Assembly (NCBI GenBank): GCA_050253415.1
Contig: JBFWJC010000002.1
Span: 320,001-384,000 of the forward strand
Source: Pedobacter sp.
GTDB taxonomy: Bacteria > Desulfobacterota > Desulfuromonadia > Desulfuromonadales > Syntrophotaleaceae
Reading direction: 5' to 3'
DNA length: 64,000 nucleotides
The notes beneath the pieces were generated by a model that searched no databases, was not told the DNA's origin, and saw only the letters and a list, made by a program, of their open reading frames with translations. The position numbers were made by a program, and so were the translations under genes. Shown here one piece after another: positions 30,566 to 40,613 of this stretch. Position 1 is the stretch's first letter. Each line of letters begins with the position of its first letter.

Positions 30566-31117
30566 ATGAAAAAACAGATGATACTGACAGCAATGTGCGC
30601 AACACTTTTGCTGGGTGGTGGGATGGCGGTCCAGGCGCAATCAGGTCCGGCACAGAGCAGAGAGTTTGATGGAATATCCCGGCAGGGATTGATGTGTCCG
30701 CAGGGGGATTCTGTTCCGAAGCATCGGTTTCCAATGCTTGATCGTCTTGATTTGAGCGAGGTCCAGCAAAAAGAGGTTCAGGCGTTGCTGGATGGCAGCA
30801 TCGCGCGGTCAACCAAGCTGCATGGCAAGATGCGCGAAGTAGGTCGTCAGTTGCGTCAAGCTATGGAACCGGGCAAGTTCGATGAAAAAGCCCTACGGAA
30901 ATTGACGTCGGAAAAATCAGCGATTGAGACCGAACTCATGGTCGAGCGTGCCAAAACCCATAGCCGCATATATGGGCTGCTCACGCCTGAACAGAAAGAA
31001 TTGGCCGACCTTGCAAGTAAGCTGCGTCGCTTGCAGGGTCATGGGCCCATAAACCCTGAAAGACACATGCCACGCCCCATGTGTATGGAACCCACGGAAG
31101 AGGGACCGGCCATCTAG
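30566..31117 (+). CDS. Spy/CpxP family periplasmic chaperone
   Basis: Signal peptide and LTxxQ-type motifs (LSEVQ, LTPEQ). Confidence 0.8.
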   Translation: MKKQMILTAMCATLLLGGGMAVQAQSGPAQSREFDGISRQGLMCPQGDSVPKHRFPMLDRLDLSEVQQKEVQALLDGSIARSTKLHGKMREVGRQLRQAMEPGKFDEKALRKLTSEKSAIETELMVERAKTHSRIYGLLTPEQKELADLASKLRRLQGHGPINPERHMPRPMCMEPTEEGPAI

Positions 31118-31139
31118 TGGAAAAAATGCTGTGTTTCAC

Positions 31140-31176
31140 ACAGGCGGTTCCGCAGCGTGTTGCGAAACCGCCTGTT
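31140..31176 (+). terminator. Hairpin after the spy-like gene
   Basis: ACAGGCGGTTCCGCA..TGCGAAACCGCCTGT with a weak T-tail. Confidence 0.5.
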
Positions 31177-31248
31177 GAGTTTTGGGTAAGTCGAACCTGT
31201 TAACGTCCTTTTTGCGGTGTAAGGCGGGCAAAAAGCTGGGGATCAATC

Positions 31249-32613
31249 ATGTGTATTCGTGGATCATATTTCGATAGTTTGCTGTTGCTCGGAATAGTGT
31301 TGGTTATTGTGCTGACGTTGTCTTTGGAGGCGAAGGCATCTGAGCAGGGCACCACATTGACCCTGGATCAGGCCATGGCCGCAGCTCTGAAGTATAGCCA
31401 GGGTTTGCGACTGACAAAGGATCAGGTGTTTTTGCAAGAGATAGCGTTGCAGCAGAAAAAAGATAATTTTTTGCCCGAGGTCAACGCCGATGGATCGGTC
31501 GCATTTAGCCACGATCAAGGAGCTACCGGTTCTGCGCGCGATTACCAGTCTCTGTCAGCTGAGGTTTCCGCCAGTGTGAATCTGTTTAACGGTTTCGGCG
31601 ATCGGGCCGCATTGGAGCAGGCCAGCCAGACTTTGGCGGCTCAACAAGAAACCTTGACCCGTCAGCAGCAGACGCTGGTGTTCGATACCGTCAGCGCCTA
31701 TCTGGACGCGGTGAAAAATCTGGAGCAAATTCAGGTGGCGCAGCAGACTCTGGAGGATAATCAACGGCAATTGGCGGATATTGAGGCCTACTATCGAGTC
31801 GGCCGCCGTCCGGTAACCGATGTTTATAAGCAAAAGGCCGAAACGGCCCAGGCGCGTTCCGAGTTGCTTGCCGCGCAACGGGATTATCAGGTGAGTAAAC
31901 TGACCCTGATGCAGACCCTGGGCATTGTAACAACCACGCAGTTCGAGGTTGTCATACCAAAACATGCGGCTCTTAGCGATACGCCGGCAACCGACATCAC
32001 GGTTCTGATCCGGCAAGCCATGGAAAAACGACCGGATGTTTTGGCCAAGGAGCGGGAGCAGCGTGCTGCCGAAGCGCAGCAGCGGGTTGCTCAGTCGAGC
32101 GCCTATCCCACTCTTGATCTGGTACTCGGCGTAGGTACGGGATACGACAGCCGCGGTGACAGCGCATTTGGCAGTCAGATGGATGAAGATAACTTGTACG
32201 GAAACGCAGGGCTCAACCTTTCAATTCCGCTGTTCGATCGGCACCTCACCCGCAACGCGGTGAGTCAGGCGCGCATCAATCGTCACAGTGTCGACCTGGA
32301 GCTGGAACAGTTGCAGCGTCAGGTCGAGGTGGAAATAGGGCAGTCCGTCCAGGAGTATCTCACCGCTTCCGATCAGGTTGAGGTCGCCTCGGCCCAGCTC
32401 ACCTATGCGCAGGAAGCGTTGAATTCCACCGAACAGCGATACCGAGTCGGGGCGGCTACCCTGACGGAATTGACCGATGCCCGCTCCACGTTTGTGGAAG
32501 CGCGCTATGCCTTGGTAGAGGCTCATATTGACCGCATGCTGCGTACGGTTGCGATTGCTTATTATCAAGGCAATCTGGATGGATCGATGTTTGTCGGGGA
32601 AGGTGAAGTATGA
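31249..32613 (+). CDS. TolC-family outer-membrane efflux protein
   Basis: Signal peptide, two helical repeats, YPTLDL, LSIPLFD, RYRVGAAT. Confidence 0.9.
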   Translation: MCIRGSYFDSLLLLGIVLVIVLTLSLEAKASEQGTTLTLDQAMAAALKYSQGLRLTKDQVFLQEIALQQKKDNFLPEVNADGSVAFSHDQGATGSARDYQSLSAEVSASVNLFNGFGDRAALEQASQTLAAQQETLTRQQQTLVFDTVSAYLDAVKNLEQIQVAQQTLEDNQRQLADIEAYYRVGRRPVTDVYKQKAETAQARSELLAAQRDYQVSKLTLMQTLGIVTTTQFEVVIPKHAALSDTPATDITVLIRQAMEKRPDVLAKEREQRAAEAQQRVAQSSAYPTLDLVLGVGTGYDSRGDSAFGSQMDEDNLYGNAGLNLSIPLFDRHLTRNAVSQARINRHSVDLELEQLQRQVEVEIGQSVQEYLTASDQVEVASAQLTYAQEALNSTEQRYRVGAATLTELTDARSTFVEARYALVEAHIDRMLRTVAIAYYQGNLDGSMFVGEGEV

Positions 32614-33782
32614 AACGTGTGATACCTAAAGGATTTCTGTCAGCTCTGAAAATTATTCTGATCGTTTGTGGGGTCACTTATCTGATCATGCTTGGGTATG
32701 GTATGGCGTCGCACTCCGGTGACGGATCGTCGGCCATGTTGCAGACCGAGACTGTTGCACAGGGAGTCATGGAAATCACGGTAGCCTGTACCGGCAGTCT
32801 GCAGGCGGTTGGTACCGTTGATGTGGGGACTGAAGTGTCGGGTACTATCGGCAAGGTGCTGGTTGATTATAACGACCGAGTGCATAAGGGGCAGGTGCTG
32901 GCCGAGCTGGATCTGGAATTGTTTGAAAGCGCCGAAGCCGAAGCCAAAGCTGCCGTAATGGGCTCGGAAGCGCTCTATCGGCAGGCATTGTCGGAATTCC
33001 GCCGCAACCAACCGCTGTATGACCAAGGCCATCTCTCCGACCAGGAGTTCCTTGAGTATCGGACTTCGCTGGCAACCACCCAGGCTGATCTGCAATCCAG
33101 TAAGGCGGCTCTGGCCAAGTCTCAGACCAACCTGCGCAAGGCGCATATCTTGTCACCCATTGACGGCACTGTTATCGAGCGGGAGATCGAAGTGGGCCAG
33201 ACTGTTGCTGCAAGCTACAGTACGCCGACAATGTTTGTCCTGGCCGAAGATCTGGCTCGCATGGAAATTGAAGCCGATGTGGACGAAAGCGATATTGGTC
33301 AGATTCGCCAGGGACAGAAAGTGCGTTTTACTGTTCAGGCCTATCCCGATCAGATTTTTGATGGTCAGGTCGCGCAGATTCGACTCAATCCTACCGAGGA
33401 GTCGAATGTTGTCACCTATACGGTGGTGGTGGAGGCTGCAAACCCGGACGGGAAACTCTTGCCGGGCATGACAGCTACCGCCGATTTCGTGGTTGAGCAG
33501 GTCGAGAATACTCTGCTGGTCTCTAACGCGGCGCTGCAGTATGCCGCACGTAAGGCTCCTGTTGATGATGGCGCTACGGTAGTGGTCCTCGACAGCGATG
33601 GGCGTACGAGGCGGGTAGCCGTGGTGGCCGGTCTGTCGGATGGAATACATACGGCTGTGAGTGCGGAAGGGCTTGTGGCAGGGATGGATGTGGTAACGGG
33701 GGAGGCGGCCCGGGGCAAGGAGTCAAATGGCAGCCTTTTTTCCAGGATGATGCCAAAACCGTCGGGTGGCGGCAAGCCTTAG
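32610..33782 (+). CDS. MacA-type periplasmic adaptor
   Basis: VGTEVSGTI, SPIDGTVI, ADVDESDIG, LLPGMTA. Confidence 0.9.
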   Translation: MKRVIPKGFLSALKIILIVCGVTYLIMLGYGMASHSGDGSSAMLQTETVAQGVMEITVACTGSLQAVGTVDVGTEVSGTIGKVLVDYNDRVHKGQVLAELDLELFESAEAEAKAAVMGSEALYRQALSEFRRNQPLYDQGHLSDQEFLEYRTSLATTQADLQSSKAALAKSQTNLRKAHILSPIDGTVIEREIEVGQTVAASYSTPTMFVLAEDLARMEIEADVDESDIGQIRQGQKVRFTVQAYPDQIFDGQVAQIRLNPTEESNVVTYTVVVEAANPDGKLLPGMTATADFVVEQVENTLLVSNAALQYAARKAPVDDGATVVVLDSDGRTRRVAVVAGLSDGIHTAVSAEGLVAGMDVVTGEAARGKESNGSLFSRMMPKPSGGGKP

Positions 33783-33794
33783 GGGTGGTTGATT

Positions 33795-34532
33795 ATGAAA
33801 CCGATTCAACTTGAACGTATTTGCAAGACCTTTTACTTGGGCGATACCCAGGTCAAGGCACTGGATAATGTCGACTTGAGTATCGACAGGGGGGAGTTTG
33901 TCGCCGTTATCGGAGCTTCCGGTTCAGGTAAGTCGACCCTCATGAATGTCGTCGGCTGTCTCGACCATGCCGACAGCGGCAAGTATCTGCTGGAAGGGCA
34001 ATCGGTACGTGACCTGAATCGTCGCCAGTTGGCGGATATCCGTAACCAGCGCATCGGCTTCGTTTTTCAGGGGTTCAACCTGCTGGCGCGAACCACGGCG
34101 TTGGAAAATGTCCTGTTGCCCTTGCTGTATTTTCGCGGCAGTATGCCTGCCGGGCAGGCGCACCGGCGGGCGGTTGATGCGCTACAGCGAGTGGGGTTGG
34201 CGGAACGCATGCACCATGAACCCAATCAATTGTCCGGTGGGCAGCAGCAGCGGGTGGCCATTGCGCGGGCGTTGGTTAACGATCCGGCTATAATTCTGGC
34301 CGACGAGCCCACCGGCAATCTTGACAGTCGCACAACCCTGGATGTTCTGGCGCTTTTCCAGGAACTCAATGACAGCGGTATTACTATTGTGCTGGTGACC
34401 CATGAATCCGATGTAGCGGAACACGCCCGGCGCGTGATCGAGATGCAGGATGGCACCATTCGTAAGGACTTTCAGGTGGAGAACCGCCGGCGCGCTCACG
34501 CGCCGGCTATGGCCGGAGGCCGGTTATCATGA
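33795..34532 (+). CDS. ABC ATPase (MacB/LolD type)
   Basis: GASGSGKST, LSGGQQQRVAIARAL, ILADEPTGNLD. Confidence 0.93.
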   Translation: MKPIQLERICKTFYLGDTQVKALDNVDLSIDRGEFVAVIGASGSGKSTLMNVVGCLDHADSGKYLLEGQSVRDLNRRQLADIRNQRIGFVFQGFNLLARTTALENVLLPLLYFRGSMPAGQAHRRAVDALQRVGLAERMHHEPNQLSGGQQQRVAIARALVNDPAIILADEPTGNLDSRTTLDVLALFQELNDSGITIVLVTHESDVAEHARRVIEMQDGTIRKDFQVENRRRAHAPAMAGGRLS

Positions 34533-35746
34533 AGTGGCAGAAACTGATTGTTGTGGCTTTGCGCAGTATCACCCGAAATCGCATGCGCAGTCTGCTGACC
34601 ATGCTCGGTATTATCATAGGTGTGGCGTCGGTTATCGCGCTGGTGGCCCTGGGTGAGGGGTCGCAGGCGGATATTACCGCAGAAATCGATTCCATGGGGA
34701 CCAACCTCATTATTGTGGTACCCGAAAGCGCAGACAGTCACGGGGTGCGGGGTGCCGCCGGCTCTTCCACCAGCCTGTCGCTTGACGACGCCGAGGCTAT
34801 TGAGCAGCAGGTGGCGGCGGTGGCCAATGTGTCCGCGGAAATTCGTTTATCCGAGCAGGTGGTGGCTGGCAATAGCAATTGGAATACTTCGGTTCAGGGA
34901 GTCAGTGAGTCGTTCCTGGCGATCCGGAACTACGAGGTGGTGCAGGGCACATTCTTTTCCCGGCGGGATGTCACGGCCAAGGCCAAGCTTGCGGTTCTCG
35001 GACAGACCGTGGTGGACGAATTATTCGCCGGAAAAAATCCCGTCGGCAGCCGCATTCGGATTCGCAACGTTCCCTTTCAGGTCATCGGAGTGCTGGGTGA
35101 AAAGGGACAGAACGGCATGGGTACCGATCAGGATGACGTGATTCTGGTGCCGGCACCGACCGCTTTGTACCGTCTGTCCGACGGTAAAACGGTTCGGGGG
35201 ATCCTGATCAGCGCAGCGACTCCTGCAAAAATCGACGAGGCCAAGGTGGAGGTTGCGGCGGTGTTGCGCAAAACGCATCGTTTGCGCGACAATCAGGAAA
35301 ATGATTTTTCGTTGCGTGACCAGTCCGAGATTACCGACATGGCATCCCAGGTCACCGGTACCCTGACACTGCTGCTGGGTGCCATCGCCGGGGTGTCGCT
35401 GATGGTCGGTGGCATCGGTGTCATGAATATCATGCTGGTCTCGGTTACAGAGCGTACGCGTGAAATCGGCATTCGGCTGGCTATCGGAGCGCGTAGCGGC
35501 GATATCCTGTTGCAGTTTCTCATTGAGGCTGTGATTCTGTGTCTGTGTGGCGGCGTGATCGGCATAATGGCCGGGCTCGGAACCGCTTTTGTGATGGGCG
35601 AGGTGATGGGAACCGGGGTCGTGGTCAATCCATCAGTTATTCTGTTAAGCGTCGGTTTTACCCTGGCGGTAGGGGTGTTCTTTGGTTTCTATCCGGCGCG
35701 TAAAGCTGCGAACTTGAATCCGATCGAGGCCTTGCGCTACGAATGA
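34529..35746 (+). CDS. MacB/FtsX-type ABC permease
   Basis: RSLLTMLGIIIGV, VGGIGVMNIMLVSVTERTREIGIR, PIEALRYE. Confidence 0.93.
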   Translation: MKWQKLIVVALRSITRNRMRSLLTMLGIIIGVASVIALVALGEGSQADITAEIDSMGTNLIIVVPESADSHGVRGAAGSSTSLSLDDAEAIEQQVAAVANVSAEIRLSEQVVAGNSNWNTSVQGVSESFLAIRNYEVVQGTFFSRRDVTAKAKLAVLGQTVVDELFAGKNPVGSRIRIRNVPFQVIGVLGEKGQNGMGTDQDDVILVPAPTALYRLSDGKTVRGILISAATPAKIDEAKVEVAAVLRKTHRLRDNQENDFSLRDQSEITDMASQVTGTLTLLLGAIAGVSLMVGGIGVMNIMLVSVTERTREIGIRLAIGARSGDILLQFLIEAVILCLCGGVIGIMAGLGTAFVMGEVMGTGVVVNPSVILLSVGFTLAVGVFFGFYPARKAANLNPIEALRYE

Positions 35747-35775
35747 GTCGAATTTGTGAAGCGTTAAAATATATC

Positions 35776-35804
35776 TTGCAATTTAATTGAGTCTCTTGTA
35801 TCTT
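35776..35804 (+). promoter_or_regulatory. Sigma-70-type promoter
   Basis: TTGCAA-N17-TATCTT. Confidence 0.5.
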
Positions 35805-36136
35805 GACAAGTTCGCGCAAATGCCCTTGGCGGACTTAGTTCGCCAAACCTGTTTAACACAGATGGCCTTACCCCGTTTTATCGTTCACTAACCCTCCCTG
35901 CCTTCAGTTTCTCTGAAGAAGCGTGCAGTACACCAGGTTGGCGACGATGCGTTAATGCCCGACCTGCGCATACTCAGGCACATTATGTGTCAGGAACAGC
36001 TGTTTGTTCCTACAGCCTGCATGCTTTTAACTTCAGATTGTTTACGTGTACCCCCGGCTTGCCGCGCGTCAGGAGAAAAAACGCTTTCCTGGTGGGTGGT
36101 TGGTTGCGGCTGGAACACGAGCAGTGGAAACCACGA

Positions 36137-37444
36137 ATGAATTTTTCTCAGTTTGATCTTGATCCCCAGATTCTCAAAGCCATCGCCGATTGCGGCTATG
36201 ATGTCCCGACCCCCATTCAGGTCCAGGCCGTGCCGGAAGCTCTGGCCGGACGTGACCTTCTCGCCAGCGCAGGTACGGGTACCGGTAAAACCGCAGCCTT
36301 CATGCTTCCCGCTCTGCATCGTCTGGCCACAAAAGGGTCCGGGCGCAAAGGCGCTCCCAGGGTTCTGGTGCTGGCTCCGACCCGCGAATTGGCCGGTCAG
36401 GTCATGGATGCGGCGCGCACATACGGTAAGTATCTGCCCCTGAAAACAGCCGTGCTGCTTGGTGGTGTCCCTTATCGTGAGCAGTTCCGTGCCTTGGGCA
36501 AGCCTCTCGACCTGGTGGTGGCCACCCCGGGGCGTCTGCTCGATCACCTGGAGCGGCGCAGTATCGATCTGTCCTGTCTGGAATTGCTGATTCTGGACGA
36601 GGCCGACCGCATGCTCGATATGGGGTTTAAGGAGGACGTCGACAAAGTTTGCGCCATGGCACCCCGCCAACGCCAGACCATGATGTTCACCGCAACCCTT
36701 GGCGCCGCGATGCAGAAGCTTTCTTTACAGCTTCTCAATCAGCCGGTGCGTATCGATATCGCTGCTCCCAAAAACGTTTCCAGCCATATTGAGCAATGTC
36801 TGCATGTGGCCGACAATAAACACCACAAAGACCGGCTTTTGCATCATTTGCTGAAGGATCCGAATATTTCCCAGGCGATTATTTTTTCCGCCACCAAGCG
36901 CGATGCGGATAGCTTGGCCAAAGATCTGGCCGAGCAGGGGCATCGTGCGGCTGCCTTGCATGGCGACATGAATCAGGGTGCGCGCAACCGCACCGTCCGT
37001 GATTTGCGCCGGGGGCAGATCCGGGTGTTGGTCGCTACCGACGTGGCGGCCCGTGGGCTCGATGTGGCCGGTATCAGTCATGTCTTCAACTACGATCTTC
37101 CCAAGTTTGCAGAAGACTATGTGCATCGTATCGGTCGTACCGGCCGGGCCGGTGCTACAGGTATCGCTATTTCCTTTGCTTCGGGTGCCGAGCTGGACGC
37201 ATTGCGTCGCATTCAGCGTTTCATCGGTCGGGATCTGCCTCGTCAGGAAATTCCCGGCCTTGAGCCGCTTCGTACCCTGGAAGCCTCTGCCGGCGGGGCC
37301 CGTCAGCGTCCCAGAGGGGGCGGCCCGGGGCGTTCCGGAAAAAGCTCCGGTAAGTATGTTGCAGCCCTCAAGGAACGGTATGAGGGTTCCTCTGAGCGTT
37401 CCCGTACCCGCCCCGCGGCCAATGGTCGCCAAGGCCGGATATAA
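36137..37444 (+). CDS. DEAD-box RNA helicase (RhlE-like)
   Basis: Q motif PTPIQ, AGTGTGKT, PTRELA, DEAD, HRIGRTGRAG and a basic C-tail. ATG at 36137. Confidence 0.94.
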   Translation: MNFSQFDLDPQILKAIADCGYDVPTPIQVQAVPEALAGRDLLASAGTGTGKTAAFMLPALHRLATKGSGRKGAPRVLVLAPTRELAGQVMDAARTYGKYLPLKTAVLLGGVPYREQFRALGKPLDLVVATPGRLLDHLERRSIDLSCLELLILDEADRMLDMGFKEDVDKVCAMAPRQRQTMMFTATLGAAMQKLSLQLLNQPVRIDIAAPKNVSSHIEQCLHVADNKHHKDRLLHHLLKDPNISQAIIFSATKRDADSLAKDLAEQGHRAAALHGDMNQGARNRTVRDLRRGQIRVLVATDVAARGLDVAGISHVFNYDLPKFAEDYVHRIGRTGRAGATGIAISFASGAELDALRRIQRFIGRDLPRQEIPGLEPLRTLEASAGGARQRPRGGGPGRSGKSSGKYVAALKERYEGSSERSRTRPAANGRQGRI

Positions 37445-37725
37445 AATTCTTTCGAGCCACCGTCTGATGTAAGCCTGTTTCTGGCTTTTAGGCGTGGCAA
37501 GCACTGGATTTCGACCGCACTTCCGTATTGGATGTGCGGTCTTTTTTTTGTTGTTTTTCAGAAAGATTCAGACCGTTGTGGATTGTATAAAAAATGCTAA
37601 TCTTTTATTGATAATCGGAATTTTTAGCGTGACACGTAAGAGAGCAAAGGGTTGTGCGCAGGGCATGTCGTGTATTAGAACGTGCCTTGTGGAGGTAGTA
37701 TTCTGTCCCCTTTTGGGAGGTGGTC

Positions 37726-38220
37726 ATGGGAAAGAAAGACAAAAAACATGAAGACAAGGATATTTTGATTCCTGAAAAGGCAGAGCTGGTTTCTCCGTTT
37801 GAAGAAATGGAGCGTTGGTTTGGGGATTTCATGAATCGGCCGTTTTTTTCACCGATGTGGGCGCCACGGTTTCATTTTCCGCAGATGCAGTCGCTTTCTC
37901 CTTCGGTTGATGTTTATGAGGAGCCAGACACGGTTGTGGTCAAGGCGGAATTGCCAGGAATTGGCAAGGAAGATGTGGAGGTTAACATCTCCGATAATGT
38001 ATTGACGATCACCGGTGAGAAAAAGTCGGAAGAAAAAATCGAGCGTAAAGACTATCATCGTATCGAGCGTAGTTACGGGAGTTTCTCTCGTTCAATCCGC
38101 TTGCCAGGAGAAGTTGTGTCTGGCCAGGCCAAGGCGTCCTTTGAAAATGGCGTACTTGAAGTGCGTATTCCTAAGACGGAGGCGGCCAAGCAGAAGAAGC
38201 GTAAAATCGAGATCGAATAA
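37726..38220 (+). CDS. Small heat-shock protein Hsp20
   Basis: PSVDVYE, ELPGI, ERSYGSFSRSIRLP, NGVLEVRIPK and C-terminal IEI. Confidence 0.93.
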   Translation: MGKKDKKHEDKDILIPEKAELVSPFEEMERWFGDFMNRPFFSPMWAPRFHFPQMQSLSPSVDVYEEPDTVVVKAELPGIGKEDVEVNISDNVLTITGEKKSEEKIERKDYHRIERSYGSFSRSIRLPGEVVSGQAKASFENGVLEVRIPKTEAAKQKKRKIEIE

Positions 38221-38483
38221 ATTGTTTTTTTATAGTGACGTTACACAGAAGGTCGGATATTCCGGCCTTTTTGTGTTTATCTCACTGACGGTGCGCGTAA
38301 GTGGGACGGGCAAGGTCGCGGATGTGACGTCAGTTGAGGATGAAAATTTAGAAGGATGTCGGATCTGATGATGGATTCCTCCGTACAAGAATATCAAAAT
38401 GAATTTTAATGGTTGATTGAAGTGTTTTCTAATGTTATTAAGCTTGTTCGTAGTGGCTGTTTAATTATGTGGGAGGGATTCTT

Positions 38484-38858
38484 ATGACGGAAGAAATTAG
38501 CGGCGGGAAGTTTTGTACGGAATGCGGTAAGGAGATTCACGCCAAGGCCGAAATCTGTCCTCATTGTGGCGTTCGTCAGGTGCTGCGGGGCTCTGGGTCG
38601 GCCGCGGTGGGTACTTCGATCTCCAATTATCTGGTGCCGGCTATCCTGGTGACTCTGTTTTGTTGTCTGCCTTTTGGCATTGTTTCCATTGTTTATGCAG
38701 CGCAGGTCAATAGCAAGGAGCAGGCCGGAGATTATCAGGGGGCTCTGCAGGCCTCGCGCCTGGCTAAAAGGTGGGTCTGGGCAAGTTTTTGGTCTGGCAT
38801 GGTGGTCTTCTTGTTTTATGTTGGAATCATGGTAACTGCTGCCATTTTGGGGTCTTGA
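38484..38858 (+). CDS. Zinc-ribbon + CD225/dispanin (IFITM-like) membrane protein
   Basis: FCTECG..CPHCG, then NYLVPAILVTLFCCLPFGIVSIVYAAQV..GDY.GA..AS..AK. Confidence 0.85.
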   Translation: MTEEISGGKFCTECGKEIHAKAEICPHCGVRQVLRGSGSAAVGTSISNYLVPAILVTLFCCLPFGIVSIVYAAQVNSKEQAGDYQGALQASRLAKRWVWASFWSGMVVFLFYVGIMVTAAILGS

Positions 38859-39328
38859 GGTTGCTTTCCGGAAAAGAGCTGGCTGATCAGGTTGCGATTA
38901 GAAGGTGGCGGTTTCTTTGGGCCGGCCCGCTTGCCTGTCGTCATGTTTTATTTTTTCTTGGCGCGCTGCTTGTTTTCGTTTTGTTGGTGAGGTGCAACCC
39001 GGTAGGCAGTCGTTGGTTTCCTCCCTGTCCGTTTAAGTATTTGACTGGGTGGTATTGCCCGGGGTGTGGATCGACCCGTGCCTTGCACCATTTATTGCAT
39101 GGGCGGGTTGGGGCAGCTTTTGGATATAATCCGTTGATGGTTTCGTGTGTTCCTTTTCTTTTCGTCAATGGTGTGGGCCGAATCCTGCCTTTGGGTAGGC
39201 GGCGGTTATTTGATGAAAGAAGCCTTTCTCCTGCTGCGATCGTCTGTATTTTGGTTTGTGTCGTCCTGTTTGGAGTGTTGCGAAACCTGCCAGTGTACCC
39301 GCTCAGCATTTTGGCTCCCCATGGCTGA
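38855..39328 (+). CDS. DUF2752 membrane protein
   Basis: PPCPFKYLTGWYCPGCGSTRALH..YNPL. Probable TTG start overlapping the upstream stop (TTGA). Confidence 0.8.
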   Translation: MRLLSGKELADQVAIRRWRFLWAGPLACRHVLFFLGALLVFVLLVRCNPVGSRWFPPCPFKYLTGWYCPGCGSTRALHHLLHGRVGAAFGYNPLMVSCVPFLFVNGVGRILPLGRRRLFDERSLSPAAIVCILVCVVLFGVLRNLPVYPLSILAPHG

Positions 39329-39846
39329 TGGTGGGAGCTGGTTGTTTGATTTTTGGAAAAATGTTGGAAGGTGTTGTGGTGTGGTTTGCCTGATGTCGGC
39401 CAGGGTTAATCGGTTCGCTGTTGAAAAATCGTCTCTTGTCCGTTGATTATTTTTTTTTGGTGCTTGTTTTTGCTCTTGTTGGATTGTCGGTTGCTCTTGC
39501 TTTGCCCGGGTTGTTGGCGCGATTTTTGTTCCGCAGTTTCCTATATTCTTTAGGTGGTTGCATGTGTAAATTGTTGAAAAGATACGGTTTGACACAAGGT
39601 CTTGTGACCTCTATGTTGGCAGATGAAAGAATTTTTTGGTGTTAAAAAATACCCCTTGCATTTTTTTGGCAACTTGTGATAGAAGGAGACAACTTAAGTA
39701 AGTTTGTGTAGATTTGCAAGTCGAGCAGATTGGTCGTCAGTCGATTTTGAGCCGCACAGACCTTTTTGGGAGTGGGGCTTTTTACTTAAGGACAACGCAA
39801 ATCCTGCACAACCAAAAACGCCCCTGCGGGGGAAAGAGGAAGAAAA

Positions 39847-40047
39847 ATGGCAGAAGGTACTGTTAAGTGGTTCAATGATGCAAAAGGTTTCGGTTTTATC
39901 GAGCAAGACAATGGCCCCGATGTATTCGTACATTTCTCGGCCATCCAGGGTGACGGTTTTAAATCCCTGGCTGAAGGCGACCGGGTCAGCTTTGACGTTG
40001 TCCAGGGCCAGAAGGGTCCCCAGTCCGCCAATGTACGGAAGATCTAA
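39847..40047 (+). CDS. Cold-shock protein
   Basis: [15 protein letters not shown] (RNP1) and VFVHFSAI (RNP2). Confidence 0.97.
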   Translation: MAEGTVKWFNDAKGFGFIEQDNGPDVFVHFSAIQGDGFKSLAEGDRVSFDVVQGQKGPQSANVRKI

Positions 40048-40302
40048 TCCCGTACCTGGTTTGTAAGACAAGATTGCAATTGCCTGTTTACGAGTGAGTC
40101 AACCTCGTAGGTAGTGATTTGGAAAAGGGTTCGCGGTTTATGATCGCGGACCCTTTTTTCGTAAGAAAGTAGCCGCTGTGGTTGATGACCGGGCTGACGG
40201 AGCAGGTTCGCAGGTAGGAAGATTTGCCTGGGGGCTGATATGGATTGTTCTGTAAAAAAGGGGGCCTTGAGGCCCCCTTTCTCTTTGGCGGTTTTTGGTG
40301 GG

Positions 40303-40536
40303 TTACATATAAGATGAGGTTTCCTGCCATTTGTGCATATGTCCGACAGGCTGTTCGCATCCTTCAATGCGGTCAAGTTCTTTGACTGCAGCATGTAGTT
40401 TTTGCAGTAACAGGATTGCTTCATCCTGGTGCCCCGGGAAGTGCGGTCCCATCATGTGTCTGGTGTAGATGCGGGCAATCTGTTCGAGTTGCTCCATTTT
40501 TTGCATTTTGCTTTGGTTATCCATTGACATGGCCAT
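40303..40536 (-). CDS. Hypothetical protein (77 aa)
   Basis: AAGGAG RBS, and a terminator-like hairpin (about 40255-40282) just downstream. Confidence 0.6.
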   Translation of the reverse strand: MAMSMDNQSKMQKMEQLEQIARIYTRHMMGPHFPGHQDEAILLLQKLHAAVKELDRIEGCEQPVGHMHKWQETSSYM

Positions 40537-40613
40537 AGCTCTCTCCTTTCTTTCTGTTACCCTTACATTATACCTCTGCCCGTATATGGATCAATAGGCT
40601 GTTCGAGTTATGT

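Noticed and set aside
37624..37648. CIRCE-like sequence before hsp20
   Set aside because: The arms are degenerate and the spacing is 2 bp short of TTAGCACTC-N9-GAGTGCTAA.
39421..39645. 74-aa hydrophobic ORF
   Set aside because: TTG start without an RBS in a T-rich intergenic stretch; the hydrophobicity is explained by base composition.
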